Assembly: GCA_050230475.1 (NCBI GenBank)
Contig: JBFLGF010000165.1
Span: 1 to 62,692 of the forward strand
DNA from: Ancylonema sp.
Taxonomy: Eukaryota
Direction of reading: 5' to 3'
Length of the DNA: 62,692 bases
The notes beneath the pieces are model-generated. The model did not search any database and was not told where the DNA came from. It was given only the letters and a program-made list of their open reading frames with translations. Positions 21,685-35,859 of the stretch are shown in pieces; the stretch's first letter is position 1, and each line of letters begins with the position of its first letter. Both the position numbers and the translations under genes were made by a program.

Positions 21685-22262
21685 TCCAGAGGCAGGAGCA
21701 CGAAACGCCCCTGGCATCAATGGACGGGGCAGGTTCCTGAGAAGTATCAAATGTCAAGCGATGATCCCTGGGATGAGACGGTACACGAAACTATTCCAGA
21801 GCTGTACAAAACACTAATAGATTTGAGTATTAGTAAGTGATAGGACGTCGTGAGCTTCACGGTGCATTTCTATGATGAAGAATTGCCCCGAGAACGTCTT
21901 TCGAAAAATTTGCTACAAGGAAAAACCCCGGTCAATCGAGAAAACCCCTTCAAATTATTATGAAATTACAAATTTCCCGTTCCCGACTTTGGGGCTGCAG
22001 GTGCTGCGAGACAGTAAGCGAATCAAGGCGAGAGCTAATTTGTCACACCTCCCGCGGAGGGAAGTTGCTGATTCCGCATGACATACGCCCGGATCTCTGA
22101 CTCTCTGACACTTCACCGTCCACCGACTTCGCGAGCCTGTAGATTTCAGTGGATTACCTATTGCATTTGAAATATATTTCTGGCGCACTCGAGTATCGGA
22201 TCGAAATACCTCGCGATACCAGTGATCCCCGCGTTCCTTGAGCACAAAGCTTCTAGGTGGCC

Positions 22263-23694
22263 ATGGCTGAGGAAAATCCATCACAATATGTCAAGCTGCG
22301 TCTTGATAACATCACGACGCAGCCTGAAGGGGAAGACGGCGAGTTAAATCAGCCTGTCGAAGTTCCTTCTGTGAGTAGTATCAGCTCGTGTAAATACATT
22401 TGCTCATGTTCCGGCTATCAGATCTCACATTTTATGCCACTATGAACTTTCTTTTGTGTATCTTTTGCTTATTCTCTTCTTCTTCTCTGCAGCTCAATTT
22501 GCGTCGGTGCGCTGAGTGTGGACAAGTTCTGCCAACTGCTTATCAGCCTCCTGCAAACGAGCCATGGTCCTCTAGCATCTTTGGCTGCTTTGACGACAGA
22601 GAAAGCTGTAAGTTGTAGTTGACATTCATGATGCCATTTTCCCCTTACAGACATGCAGCCCCTGCTAATTCTCTGGAGATGTACCTTGACAGCCAAACTC
22701 TCATTGCGATTTAGAGCCTGTCTGTTATCAGACTGCTTTGCTGAAGAAATTTGTACATTGCTTGGACTTGTTTCATGTTGTATGCAGGTATGAATGGCGC
22801 TTTTTGCCCTTGTGTTTTGTTCGGAAAGAATGTGGAAGCCATCAAGGACACACCATGGACGCAACCCTGCTTATGCCACGCCATCTTTGTTGAGGGCGGC
22901 ATTCTTCTCGGCGTAGCCACCGCGATTTTCAGCAGCACGTTGGATGGAGGGACGGTGTTTTTGCTCGGGGAGGGGCTGGTGTTCGGGTGGTGGATGTGCG
23001 GGATCTACACAGGGCTGTTTCGCCAGGAGTTGCAAAAGAAGTACCATCTGAAGGTCAGGATAACAGCAGCTTACATCTCGTCTCATGCACAGAAAATACT
23101 CCTCTGCTTTGATATTTCTCAGACTCTTCACTCCGTCCTCCCTTAAACCCTATCACTTATACTCAACAAATCAATTTGGGTGAGAAACGACTGCTCAGGA
23201 TATCTCGCCAAACTCTATCTCAAGCATGTGAAGGGCGGCCAGGGTAACCGGGTAGCGCACATCGGAAGTAACCGGGTAGCGCACATCAAATTGCTTCTTC
23301 AACTCCACAAGAGTATAGACGCAATGGCAAGAAGTCAGGGAGTGGTCGAGCTGTTTCTCCATTCATTTGCATAACAGAGCTGTCAGCGCAGCCTGATACC
23401 GAACCTGCATATTCCTTGACGGCGTACCATGTGGAGGGCTCGTTTACTGTTGTGATGTGTCTCGATTAGTTGTTGTGCTGAGTTGTTGTGTCGTTTTCAA
23501 AATAGTTATTTTTGCAGGATGCCCCTTGTGACTCGTGCTGCGTACACTGCATTCTCCACCCATGTGCCCTCTGCCAGGAGCACCGTGAGATGAAGGCGCG
23601 TATTTTGGAGGAACCGGGTCCAATGACGGTTATCAACCCACCTCACTCACAGGAGATGGAGGGGACAACTAGTATGCCTCAGGAAAGCCATTGA
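22263..23694 (+). CDS. PLAC8-domain protein, cell number regulator 6-like
   Basis: Exons 22263-22370, 22493-22607, 22788-23053, 23518-23694. Motifs RCAECGQVLP, WSSSIFGCFDD, FCPCVLFG, RQELQKKYHL, CDSCCVHCILHPCALCQEHRE. Confidence 0.92.
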
Positions 23695-24552
23695 GGTGTT
23701 GGACTTTACCGTAGCTTGAGTGCTTGAGTGGGGTTTTCTGTAGATTGAGACGGGGATAAGGTTCGTGGAAGGGAACGAACGAATGAGTGTCGCTTTCACT
23801 TTTGACCATTTTAGATAAGGCAATTGTAGTGAGAAGGTTGCCTTCATTGGCATCCATTGTAGGTATATGACAACAGCCGAAATCCTACTCGAATAATACG
23901 GACTATGCATCGGTATATCACACTCGAATCGACTCTAAAACCATTGTTTGCAAATGTGACGAATGTTCAATTAACAGAAAATAATCTTCAAATATGATTC
24001 TAAAAAGGTTGGCCATCCGTAATGGGCGAAGACAAAAAGCGTAGCGTCTTCACTTTTTCCAATCGTCGACTTTCCGAATACAAACGTTAAAGGTGATTCA
24101 AAATCCGCATTTTGACATGCCAGGTCTATGTACAACACAACACTTACTATATGGTGTAAATATTTGCTCCATGTGAGTAGAGTGTGCGGATGACATTAGG
24201 CAACCATGTCATGTGTGTGTTGTTAAGAACCACACGTGTAAGAGAGACAAGCAACAAGCTTACAAGCTCTTGTTTTAAATCATTTTGGCTACATCCGTCA
24301 TGAAACAACCTATGTCTGCCTATCTCTTCTAATTTTGAAGCCCTTTCAAGTGTGGACAATATCTAATGAAATGCAGATATTCCTTGAATCTCCTTGAAAA
24401 CGACAAGATAGTATGATGTACATTGTTTATCACTCCAATACAGCAATTGAATTAGGATGTCAAAATACTTAAAAACATATGCTTAATGAGGTGTTTATCA
24501 GTCCCCAGAATTCTATACATGTAGTGCAACAAGATCAACTTTGCAAAATCAG

Positions 24553-27241
24553 CTAATTACTTCGGCGGGGCTTGGTGGAAGTAGTGTCGAACTGCGCAAG
24601 GAGGTAACGTACAACGAAGTTAGGGATCATATCAACACGACAATCAGCAAACGTTGATTGCGCTTGTGGCCACAAGCGCATCGATACGTATTCATTCATG
24701 TACACCACCACCGAATTTTTGTTTTGCGGGAGCCAATCATGTCCCTTCTGCATCATCACACACTCCATGCCTTTTCAAAACGCGCAAAACTATTTTTGAA
24801 AAGTGAAAAAAACAAAATATAGGCGGCCTAGAAACGCACCTCCTTATCCCACCCCCTACTTCCACATCCTTCATGTATTCTGTTTCGGCTCTCACCGGAT
24901 TGGTGGCGGGTGCGGGCACCCAGTCGTTGGTGGCAGGGTTCGAGAAGCTTCTTCTCCGGGTGGTGGTCTCCTGGACTTCTCCTAGGGGGAGCTCTTGGAC
25001 CACGTCTAGAGGAATGAACCCCTTTCCGGTCTGGACGCCAACCAACCCAACAATGAGTTTTGACCACTGTGGAAAAATTGCCACCGTTCAACGCCCTTAA
25101 CACATGTAAATCCGTCATCCCTTCCAAAAATTAAAAACTGTATGTCTCCATCCGGCGCAATGTCTGCGCATACACTCCTCTTTGTGATGGTATGGGACGT
25201 TGGGGTTCAGGTGGGTGGGTTTCAGACTGACATTGTTCACGACTTTCCATTTCCATGTTACTTCCTCGTGAGAGTGCTTGGTCCATCAGACCCAATTATT
25301 TTTCCGCACCGCTCACTTGCAACGGTTTCGAATCATCATCGTGCCTCAATTCCACCACCGTTAACCGTTAACCATTACGGAGCCTTGCATTGGAGAGAAG
25401 TGTGCATCGAGAGTGCAGCATGACACAGACACTCGGGTGCGATGACCATCTCCTACATGGCCTCAATTTGGGCTTCTGTCACCTTTCCTTCAGTCCCCTA
25501 CCACCCCTCGCACAGCCTGTACTGACATGGCTCCCCTTCACCAACCCTTAAACCCCAACCTCCGCCTCCTTACAGCAATGTGGTCTGCATCGAGGTCGAT
25601 GCTCTTGTAGTAGTCCGTGTCCAGCACATCGTTTTCGTTGGTCACCCGCCCGCTGCCCTGGAATATGATCTGAACCCACAACCAGCCCCCCTCTGGACCT
25701 CCGCTTTAACTCAGTCTCCACGTTTCGACACCACTTCGACACCTTCAGGTTCGCTCACCTCGCCGCTGGCCTTGAGGGCCATCAGCACTTTCAGTTCAGG
25801 GATGTCTGTGGGGACCGCCACCAGGGCTGCCACGTCAGAGGGGTCTGACGAGTTTTCGATTTCGCTGCGGGGGGGCTTGTGAGTCCGCTGGGGGGCGATT
25901 GATGCGAAGTACTCCTTGGCCTAAAATCACGGCAAGAATCGATCAGTATTTCGATTGTTTTTTCTGAAGAGGCTGGACCGACATTGAATGTGTCGGAGGT
26001 GTTTACAGCGTGATCATGCTGACGTCAGCCTGGGAGCAATCAGACTGCATTGCTGTGTAGTCCACCTTCTTGTGCCTATAAAAGAGCATGGGGACAGCAT
26101 CCCAACATGACCAGTCTTTTCCTTTTGCGCTAACTCCTTATGCTGTACCAACCTCTGGTTGACTTCTGCACTGACTGTTCGAACGAATATTCCAAACAGA
26201 GAAGTAAGAGGCACAGAAGTGGGCCGGTAGTTTTGTCACGCTTTGTTGCCGACATGCAGCAGGGGCGTCTCTCACTGACTGCAACTTGTTCACGCAGGAA
26301 TCCGGTTACAGGAGCGGACACATTTGTCATTATGTGACAAATCCATTCCGCTCGCGATAAAAGCTGTGCGGAGGCAATGGTGGATTATAGAGTCTCATCT
26401 GTAGCAGCGGGATGTGGGATGTAGACCGTGAATCTCGGGCGTATAATTATAACGAGTAACGAGTATAATTATAGCGAGTAAGAGTGAGCAAGCAAGAACG
26501 ACCACGACATAGACGACACTGCCTTAGTGTGGCAGCGCACGGAATCATGATACGAGGCACTGTTTGTTTCAGAAATTATGTTCCTTGTGAATGACGGCCT
26601 CAAATATCAGTGATCGAGAGTAGACTCTGCTTCAACAATCTACCACACAGGTCACGGAAGACGATTAAAGAAAGTTTTGAAACAATGGATGCCTGTTCTA
26701 AAAGTCGGTAGCAGACCCTTCTGGTATAGGGAGTGACCAGTCCCAGTACCAGTGATAGGGCGACTGGCAGCTCGTTCGCCTTCCGTTCATGAGAGAAATT
26801 GTGGTGTGCTGGAAGCCAAATGCGATGCACTGTAAATTACGTGTATTTTACCGTTGAAAAATATATACACTTAGGGCGGTAGTTTCAGGTAGCCAGAACA
26901 GCTCCCTCACCTACAGATATTCAGTTGTATATTTTTTTCGTGCGTGTCTCTGGGGAAGGTATCCCATTTTATTTGTAAGTTCAAGTAACACTTACAAGTC
27001 GTAAGGTCGTCGGCAGTCAGAGGAAATCTAAGAAAAGTGGCATCTCATACGAACAACGTAGCTGAAGGCTGAGATCGTGTGAACACACCAAACATTACAG
27101 GTACAGGTAACATTAAGTACTGATAATAAAAAAAGAAGTCAAACAAACCTTTTTCAACGCAGCTTCTTTTTCGGCTTCTGAAATGATTTCTTCGCTCCTA
27201 GAGGGCTTGTATAGGGAAAGTTTATGAGCTTGCTGCGCCAT
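24553..27241 (-). CDS. MEE59-like (maternal effect embryo arrest 59 family) small protein
   Basis: Phase-0 exons 27241-27149 (KPSRSEE), 25920-25759 (EYFASIAPQRTHKPPRSE...IPEL), 25669-25574 (TDYYK), 25030-24860 (TGKGFI...NPATNDWVP), 24747-24553 (...TKPRRSN*). The last exon may contain an extra intron. Confidence 0.75.
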
Positions 27242-30200
27242 TTTAGATTGAGTATGTATAATAATTTAATGTGATTTGTTCTGTTGTCTCCACAGGCCGG
27301 GAGGCAGTAGTAATAAGTGGCGATGCAGAAAGTCTCTTAGATGTGTACCTGCTGTTTAGAATTCGACGATGAGTCTGAAATGATCGAGTTCTGTGCCTTT
27401 GCTGCCTGTGAGCTGCCTGTGAGCTGCCTGTGACCTGTAAGCTTGAGCCTGCCCAAGCTCGTAGACGCCAGTGCGATTGCTGCTGCGGCGATTCGGCTTC
27501 GGCGATTCGGATGTATTGATCTGCTACGTCACACGATTCCCACGGTCGTTAAAAATAATACATCTGTAGTTTGTACTCCAGTAATTTACACCAATCAAGG
27601 GTCTACACAAACCGAATTGTCCTTGTCAATAGCCGGTCACACAACCACAGATGGCAAATCGTCATAATAATTGAGTGTGAAAATTGTGTGTGGTCGCGGC
27701 AGTTGCATTTAGAACACGTGGATGATATATTTTTCATAGATTCTTGATAAGGTCAGGATGACGTGGGAATGCATTTCGCAATCGTAGGGTGCGATCCGCA
27801 ATGGGAGTCATCATCGCCACGTGAAAAATCGACACGTCGTCAAGACTGTTGACTGCCGCCGTCGTTTGTCGTTTATTGGCAGAGTTGCACGAGACGGCAC
27901 GTGGACCCTCCAATACAGCGATACCGCTCGAGACGTCAAAATATTACCAATTGCACCGATACGCGTCTCGGTGCTGAGTACGGCCTGTGTCCCGTGTCCC
28001 GTGTCCCCTAGCCCAAAAAAACTTGGCCGGGCCAAAATTAGCGACCAAAAAAAATCGGCAAATATCTTAGATCACACATCACACATCACACATTGATTAT
28101 GCGCATTATGCATCAACGCTCGTCATTTTTTTCAAAGCTACTAATGCTCAAAATCATGTCCATTGTCACAACTGTCGTGTCGTTAAGCATCGTGCCCCAT
28201 TCACACGTGTAATCCATTCGATACAACGAACATTGTTGTAATGAGTATGAATCACGTGCGAATTATGTGTCGTCTCATCACATGGAGTGTTCGCATATGG
28301 AATCATGACCTATTCGAGGTCCGCCACACACACGTGCGCGCTAATAAATAACATTGTACAAGCATCGCGCAAGTCTACCACATGTCAAATATTATTTTCT
28401 AGTCTACCTATGGCAAGGGCCGTTGGTCTGAGAACGTAGAGTGTTCGAAACTTATGAAAGGTGTGAGATTGCAATGCACGATCAAACGAGATCCGAATGA
28501 ATTCACACAATCGCGAAATGCCAGCCGAACACAATGAGAATTAATGGAAGATGGTATTGAATTACTCAACGGTTCTCGAGGAGTGATAAGACCGATTAAA
28601 GGTCTGATCACTCATGTTACAGAATTTATAGAACTCAGCTTAGCACACTGCGCTAGTTACAAGGAAGCTACCATGCCTGCCGTATCGACTTACGGCGCCG
28701 GCGCGGCGGTTCTCGCTAGCCGACTTACTAGTTCATCCAATCATAAACTAGCACACTAGGACAGATGGTGCAGCATGCTTCACTCGAGCTGAGAAGAGGT
28801 TAAACTAATATATGGTAGTAGTGTTGTACGCGCACAGCTACTGACCAGTATCCGCATAAGTCACAAAATGGCCCTCCACGCCTTGTCGCCTTCCTTCCCT
28901 AGATGCTAACTTACGGCGCCTTTAACGCGGTGCGAATATTGCTAGTCGCTGACGGAGGAACTGCTTGTACGCTGAGCTGACAGTGGTCTGGTAACGCAGC
29001 TGTCAGTACAGTCCGTCCTTGGTGCCGCCAAATATGCCGTAGGTGGCGGAACAATTATACCGTTTGGTCCAACTAAGGCCTTAGATCCCTGTTGCGTCAC
29101 TAATGACAAATTCGTCCAAGGGACACGTGTCACTTCGAAACATTTCGATAAATAACCACGCGTATTCCGAATTGTAATATAGTCGGGAATATCCGTACCC
29201 GTGTTACTACACCGAATAAGCACATTCGCCATACAAGCACTTCTACCTTATAAGCGTTCACCAGCGTTATAAGTAGCTCTGAGCATATAGGCACACTTCA
29301 CCGTTCAGGGGCTTCACTCTGTGGGTACTCTCACCGTATAGGCACACTTCTTAATAAAGGCATTCTCACTCTATAGGCGCTTCTCACCGTATAAGCGTTA
29401 ATCATCGTTATAAAGGCACACGATCTAATATTGTCTGCCACAACCGATTAGCCCACAAACCCCTCCTTAGCGTGAAAATGTGTAAACAACCCCCTATAAG
29501 TAGTAAACACCCCCCAAGATTTATGTGGTAGACATCCATAGCGATACTCAACCATATGCAATATGTCCTCAACAATTTTCCCTCACAAAATCCCCAAATA
29601 CTGTCACTGTTCATGCAACCTGAGAAGAGACATGATAAGGCCGAATTTTCTCATCTCTTGATAGAATGTTAGGACCATACTAGCGTATGCTCCCAACACT
29701 AGAAGTTCTCGTACGTTATTTAGAGTCTGACCTTGAGTTTCGTTTCGCATCACTTTCAGTTTCGCGTCACTTGAGTTATTTTCGTTTCGCGTCACTCTTT
29801 AGTTATTTCGTTTCGCGAAACTTAAGTTGTTTGTCGTGTAGTGATTTCCCGTCAGACTTTCCCGAACATTCACTAGTCGTTCGCGGACTTCGTCCTCTTT
29901 CGCTAGTGACCGTTCTTACATGTGTTCTCACTCTTCTCTTAGTACTTATATACTAGTTAGAAGAGCGTAGTCTTTCTCGCTTCTCTAACAAACTCATGTA
30001 AAACTTGCTTCCTTTAGTGTTTCATAAATTCCCATCCCATCCTTTGCATTAAGCTATGCCCCTTACATAGAATGAGCTTCTGAAGATACCTCCTTTAAAT
30101 TTTGACGAAGCTTCTGTCCAAAAAGAAGAAGATCAAGTCAAGTTTATTTATTTGGTTAGTTTTTTTAAACCCTTATTCAATGCTTACGTCATTACGACCT

Positions 30201-30252
30201 CAGTGTAGTATAAGGCAATCACTAATGGCCTTAGAACGAGGTCTGCACTAGT

Positions 30253-33200
30253 TGTGGAATTGACATTGTGGTAATGACAATTGTTACTCGATGCAATGCG
30301 TCATTCAAAGTAGCATTGTCATATTGGCGAATAGATCACTAAGAAGTACTAGAGTATTGGGCAAGCGTACAAAGAGTAAGTAGCTGCCTGAGTGACTCGA
30401 ACAGGAATTGGCGGGATCGACACTAAGTTGTCGACCAATGAGGAGACAACATTAGGCGAACGGGGCTAAGCTCGGCATATCGATATCTAAAGTACCGGCA
30501 GACTTAAGGTACAGTGAACTTAGACAATGATAAGTGTGGCAAAAACTTAACTGCTAATTAAAATCGACACGTCACATCATTCCGAGCAATTTCTTGTTAT
30601 GTCGTACAACTCCTACACTCGCGTTCTTTGTTAACATGTCGGCCCCCATGGCATTGGCATTGAACCTGCTCAAGCTGCTGATGGCTGCCGCAATGTCCGT
30701 CCTTGTGCAGATCGCCAAGTACATTAGCGACCCAATCGCAATCATGTAAGGGATGGCCTCCATGAGAGCCTTCTCTGCTGCATCTTGAGGAGCGTCTGCT
30801 TGACTAAGCTTGCAAGTTGGGGGCAGAGGCGTGCTGGCAGATCGAGAGTTGTCGACAGGAAACTTCATGAGCTTCTCCCTTAGGTACGTTTCCTGGAGCA
30901 GCTGAATGTCCCCACCTGGCAGCCTGCGAATCTCCATCCCGAGCAGAAAGGTAGCAGCCCCCCAGATCTTTCATCTTGAACCGGCTATGCAGGCAGGCTT
31001 TAACACTGCCGATGCGGCTGATGACATGTCCGATGATGAACATGTCGTCGACGAAGAGGCCTAGCAGCACCTTACCTGCACCATCGAAGCATGTGTGAGA
31101 TATAAGTGCTGCAACATAACTTGTACATTAATTTAGTGTTAGTAATTTAGATGGCCAAAGTTGCCTATTTTGCCTATTTAGTTGTTGGGAACGTGTGTCG
31201 TGTTTGGTGTTGTTTTGGTGTTGTGTGTGTGTCTATAAAATGAGTAACTTGAGCATGATGCTTATATCAGAAAAGCTGAGAATTGTGATTTAGAACGTAA
31301 TGGTATGCTTAATTTTGTATCGGTAATTAATTTGGTGTCAGTGACAGCGTGGCGACGGCGTTAATTTGCTTGGCGCGCGTGTGCATGTATTTGAAGATTG
31401 TGTGTAAACGGTGTAGATTGATCGTTCGATGACTCAATGGTAATTTAGCCATTAAAGTGTTTTCTGACTTAGCTACGTGACAAAAGGTCAGACTTTTGGC
31501 TAAATAGATCTAGACTTGATTCCGAACCACTATAGAGACGATTCTTCTCCTCCGGTATTGTTTATTTTTCACTTGCTTTATGTGAAAGAAGCTTCGTCTA
31601 TGTGCTGCGCTTAATAAGTATGTGTGCAATGAGTGTGTTGTGAATAAGTTTATGCACATTTGAGTAAGTTAAGTCTGAGTTGACTTAAAGAGTTAAGAGT
31701 TGAGTTGAGTGGACGTCTCTATGGCAGGCTGGTCATGCGTAGACGCAGAAGTCAGCTGTGAGGCGATGAAGCCCGAAGTCCGCGAGGGCTTTGTCGATGT
31801 GGAAGTTCCACATGCGGGGGGACTGCTTCAAGCCGTAGAGGGCCTTCAGCAGCCGCAGGACCTTGCCCACCATGTCGGCATCAAACATCCCTTGAGGGAT
31901 CTCAATACACGTCCTCCTCGAGATCTGCATGCAGGAAGGCAGTCGTAACATCCATTTGCATATTTCCAGCTGCTGCAGCTGCCGTCATCATGCGGCTGCT
32001 CTCGAAGCGGACTGTTGGAGAGCAAGTTTCTATGTAGTCCACCCCCTCCTCTTGCATGAATCCTCTGGCCACCAGCCGCGCCTTGTATTTCTCCACCTTT
32101 CCAGATAAACCCTTCTTCTTCTTGAACACCCATTTTGACGTGATGACAGGCTTGGAGGCGGGCCTATCGACAACCTCGAACACCTTGTTCTCCACCAAGG
32201 AGGCCACCTCTGCTGCACACGCCTCAACCCACTTGGTTGTATCAGGTAACTTCATTGCCTGCTTGTAAGTCTTGGGGTTTGTGTCCGATATCTCCAGAGT
32301 GGCAGCCATGAGCATGTTGGCCATGCGTGTCGACGGGACACCTCGATTCTCCCTGGTGCTGCGTCTGGGACCGAGGACCTCTTGAGGGATAGGGGTCTGA
32401 TTAGGCAGGGGCAAGACAACTGGGACAGGTAGGGCGTCAAGGGCTGGAGCTGGAGCTAGAGCTGGGGTTGGGGCTGGAGTTGGCTGGATCGGGGGCAGCG
32501 TAGAGGCATCGTCATCAGGGGTGTTGTCGTCAGGTGAGCTGTCGATGATTTCCGACACTGGTGCACACGGGCTTGCGGGTGAAGGAGGGAATTCAAGAAA
32601 GAGGAGGGGCTCGTCCTCGTCTTGAAGAACTGCATCTAGAGTATGCCGCCAGCCTAAATTTTCTTCCTCATCGAAGGCGGGTGCAGCGACATAGTAGACC
32701 CTCTGTTTGTTGTAGTCCCACACCCGGTAGGCAGGACTGGTGGGGTTGTAGTTGATGAGCACACCCTTGTAGTTGACTGGCATGGATTTCCCTCCTATGG
32801 CAGCATTCTCGATTTGGCCAAAGGCTTTGCAGCCGGGGACTCAAAGCTTTGACAGATCTGGCTTTGCTCTTGTCCACTTTTCGAAAGGAGTGCAAGACAT
32901 GTTAGTACTAGTGTCATGTTGCGAAGAATTTTGGTTGCTTGCAGAATCTCGGCCCAGAGGTAGCTTGGCAAAGCTGTCATGAGTGTCCTTTCCTTGTCTT
33001 GCAGAGTCCTGTTGAACCTTTTTTCCATGCCATTGCTTTCAAGAGATCGAGGAGGAGTAGTTTGCTGCTCCACACCATATAGCGCCAGCCAGGATTTGAA
33101 TGCAATCAGAGGTAAATTCACCTCCATTGTCCGATCTGAGCTTGAGAAGCTTGGTCTTTGGCTGATTCTCTGCGACGAATTTCCATTCTTGGATCTTGGC

Positions 33201-35431
33201 TGCTGCATCAGATTTTTCTTTGAGAGGAAACACCCAAGAGTGTCGAGTGAACACGTCAAGAATGCCTAGGAAGTACGATGCACCTCCGAGGCTCGTGGGC
33301 TTGACTGGACCGGCTAAGTCGATGACCACCAGCTCGAGAGCATAGGTTGTGTTGTGGTCGAAGACTACAGCCGGATGAGGAGGTCTTGTTAGCTTGCCAA
33401 GTCTGCAGGGATCACACGGACTGATGTTGCTAGAAATAATACTTATGCATGTTGCCATGTTGTCGTGCAGGAGTCTTGGAGTGCAACCTGTCCACTGTGA
33501 CCAAGACGTCGATGGAGCAGATCCATGGAGAGAGTGTTGCTTAGCACTTTTGCTTGTCGGATAGATGGCAGCTTAGGATACGAGCTTAGGATCTTGAAGT
33601 CGAGAGTAAGACGACCTTGTTTAGTTTCTGACATGAGAGCCACTTGCTCCAGACCACATTGTGACATAAGTTTTTTGAAGACGACTTTATCTAGAACCTC
33701 GTTGTATTCAGGGATGAAACCAGCGGCCCGAAGCCTTTGCGTTGATAAGATATTGGAACTCATGTTGTCGATGAATAAGACGTCTGTGAGCCGAAGAGGT
33801 TTCTTGCCGCTTACTGAATCCACTTCCACGACGACTGTGCCCCAATGAGTAACCAAAAAATTTCCTTGGACCTAATGAATCTTGAAGGGTCGAGGAAGAG
33901 ATGTCAATTGTATGAAATATTCCCTCTTGTGCACAATATGGTGAGAAGCTTTTGTATCACCGAGAAACTCTGTAGATCTGGTGTCGATGACAGTGGCTGC
34001 CATGGCGTCATACTTTAAATCGTTGACATGAGTTGGTAGCTGAGTAGTGGAAAAGGTTATCGATGGAGTAAACTCCAGCTCGCCTAGTAGAGATTCACCA
34101 AAGCTGAATTGTGCATGGCAGAATGGAGACAAAGACTCTGGAAGATCGTGATGAGAATCACAACTTTTTAGCTCTGCCACGGCGAGGTAACCACCATGAA
34201 AAAATGAAGCTTCTCCACTTGGCCCACCCTCATTTTTGGATTTCTTTTGTCGACATGCTACCTCCAGGCGACCTGTGCGCTTGCAAAACTTGCAGTGGGA
34301 CTTACAGTGCTAGCAATCTTTCGCGTAGTGGCCTTTGCCTTCACAGCAGTAGCACACCGTGGAGGAATTGACTGGTCGGCTTCTAGGTGGTCGGGAAGAG
34401 TCTTTGCCACATTGTGCCCATAGCAACTTTGCCTCTACCTTGACTGCATCTGCAAATGCTGCAAAACCTCGAAGAGGAGTAGCGTGGCTTCTTTGGAATT
34501 CAGCATCATCGTCACGCATAGACAAGAAGACCTCCTGGAGATCTTGCTTGACTGTAGAGTGCTAGTAGCTGTTCTTTAAGTAAGTGTAGCGATCATTTGG
34601 CTGAGAGAGAAGCATTTGCTCAAGTAGTTGGTCATCGATGAGCACAATTATCGATGATGGCCTCGTACCTTTTGATCGTTTCATTTGCTATTTCCGTCTC
34701 GACATGCTAGAATTGGAGAAGCGCCATCTGAGCGGCTTCTTGGCCCATCTCGGACCGTCTTGCAAATTTTTGCTGGAGCTTGTTCCAGAGGGCGACCGGG
34801 TCTTTCAGGACAGAGGTGATTGAAATTATTTCCGAGTCCGAGATGGATTCAGCAATGAGACATGCTACTTTGTTGTAGACATCTTCAAAGTCATCCATAT
34901 TTTTGTTCGCCGTATCGATGGCGTCCTGGTTAGTGATTCTTGATCCGAATGCGACATTTGCTACAGGTGCTGGGTTCGGGCGAATGCGTTTGCCTGAAAC
35001 CAGATCCCATACTCTGTTCCTGAGCAGCAGTGCTTCCATCTTGCTGCTCCATGCTATGTAGTTATCTTTCGTAAGAAGACTACTAGTCGTTCTGAATCGC
35101 GTCCCTTCATTTGAGACGGCTCTGATACCATGTGGAATTGACATTGTGGCAATGACAATTGTTACTCGATGCAATGCGTCAGTCAAAGTAGCATTGTCAT
35201 CTTGGCGAATAGATCACTGAGAAGTATTAGAGTATTGGGCAAGCGTACAAAGAGTACGTAGCTGCCTGGGTGACTCGAATTGGCGGGATCAACACTAAGT
35301 TGTCGACCAATGAGGAGATATCATTAGGCGAACGGGGCTAAGCTCGGCATATCGATATCTAAAGTATCGGCAGACTTTAGGTACACTAAACTTAGATGAA
35401 TACGCGCCACACTTAGCATACACACTCAACA
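30253..35431 (-). mobile_element. Decayed Ty1/copia LTR retrotransposon
   Basis: TSD CTAGT at 30248-30252 and 35432-35436; 5' LTR 35131-35431; 3' LTR 30253-~30526 (truncated); tRNA-iMet PBS TGGTATCAGAGCC at 35130-35118. Coding remnants: gag (NYIAWSSKMEALL), CCHC knuckle, protease, HRRLGH, integrase, RT (KARLVARGF, LYGLKQSP, LFVDD), RNase H end (ADMLTK). Many frameshifts and deletions. Confidence 0.95.
31094..31733 (+). mobile_element. 640-bp non-coding insertion nested in the copia RT
   Basis: Splits RT CVYA|CFDG; flanked by CATG direct repeats (31090-31093, 31734-31737); second copy at about 16600-17131. Confidence 0.85.
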
Positions 35432-35859
35432 CTAGTGAATAGACTTTGTTATAAAAATAATTTGTACCAGCTCGTTATAACGCGAATGGAAACTAAAGTC
35501 GTTGTTATACATAAGGTCTTCAAGTTATTTGACTGTATGCATGCTAGGTTGACTAGTGGGATAATAAGCATCGTTTTAATTACATGAACATTTAGAAGTT
35601 CAAAAGTTAAGCATACTACTTGAGCATAAAGTTGACGATTTGGTGCAATGCATTGCATAATGCATTGTATATGGTGCATAATGAAGTTAATCAATTCGTT
35701 TGTGAAACGGTCATTGCAGTTAGACCTTTTGTTTGTGAAACGGTCATAACAACTTCTAGTGAGTTAGACATTGAATTATTTAGTCCAAGTATTGCTAATG
35801 GATAATTCCTTCATTCATTGCACATCATTGCATATTGTGTACACAATACACAATTCTCA

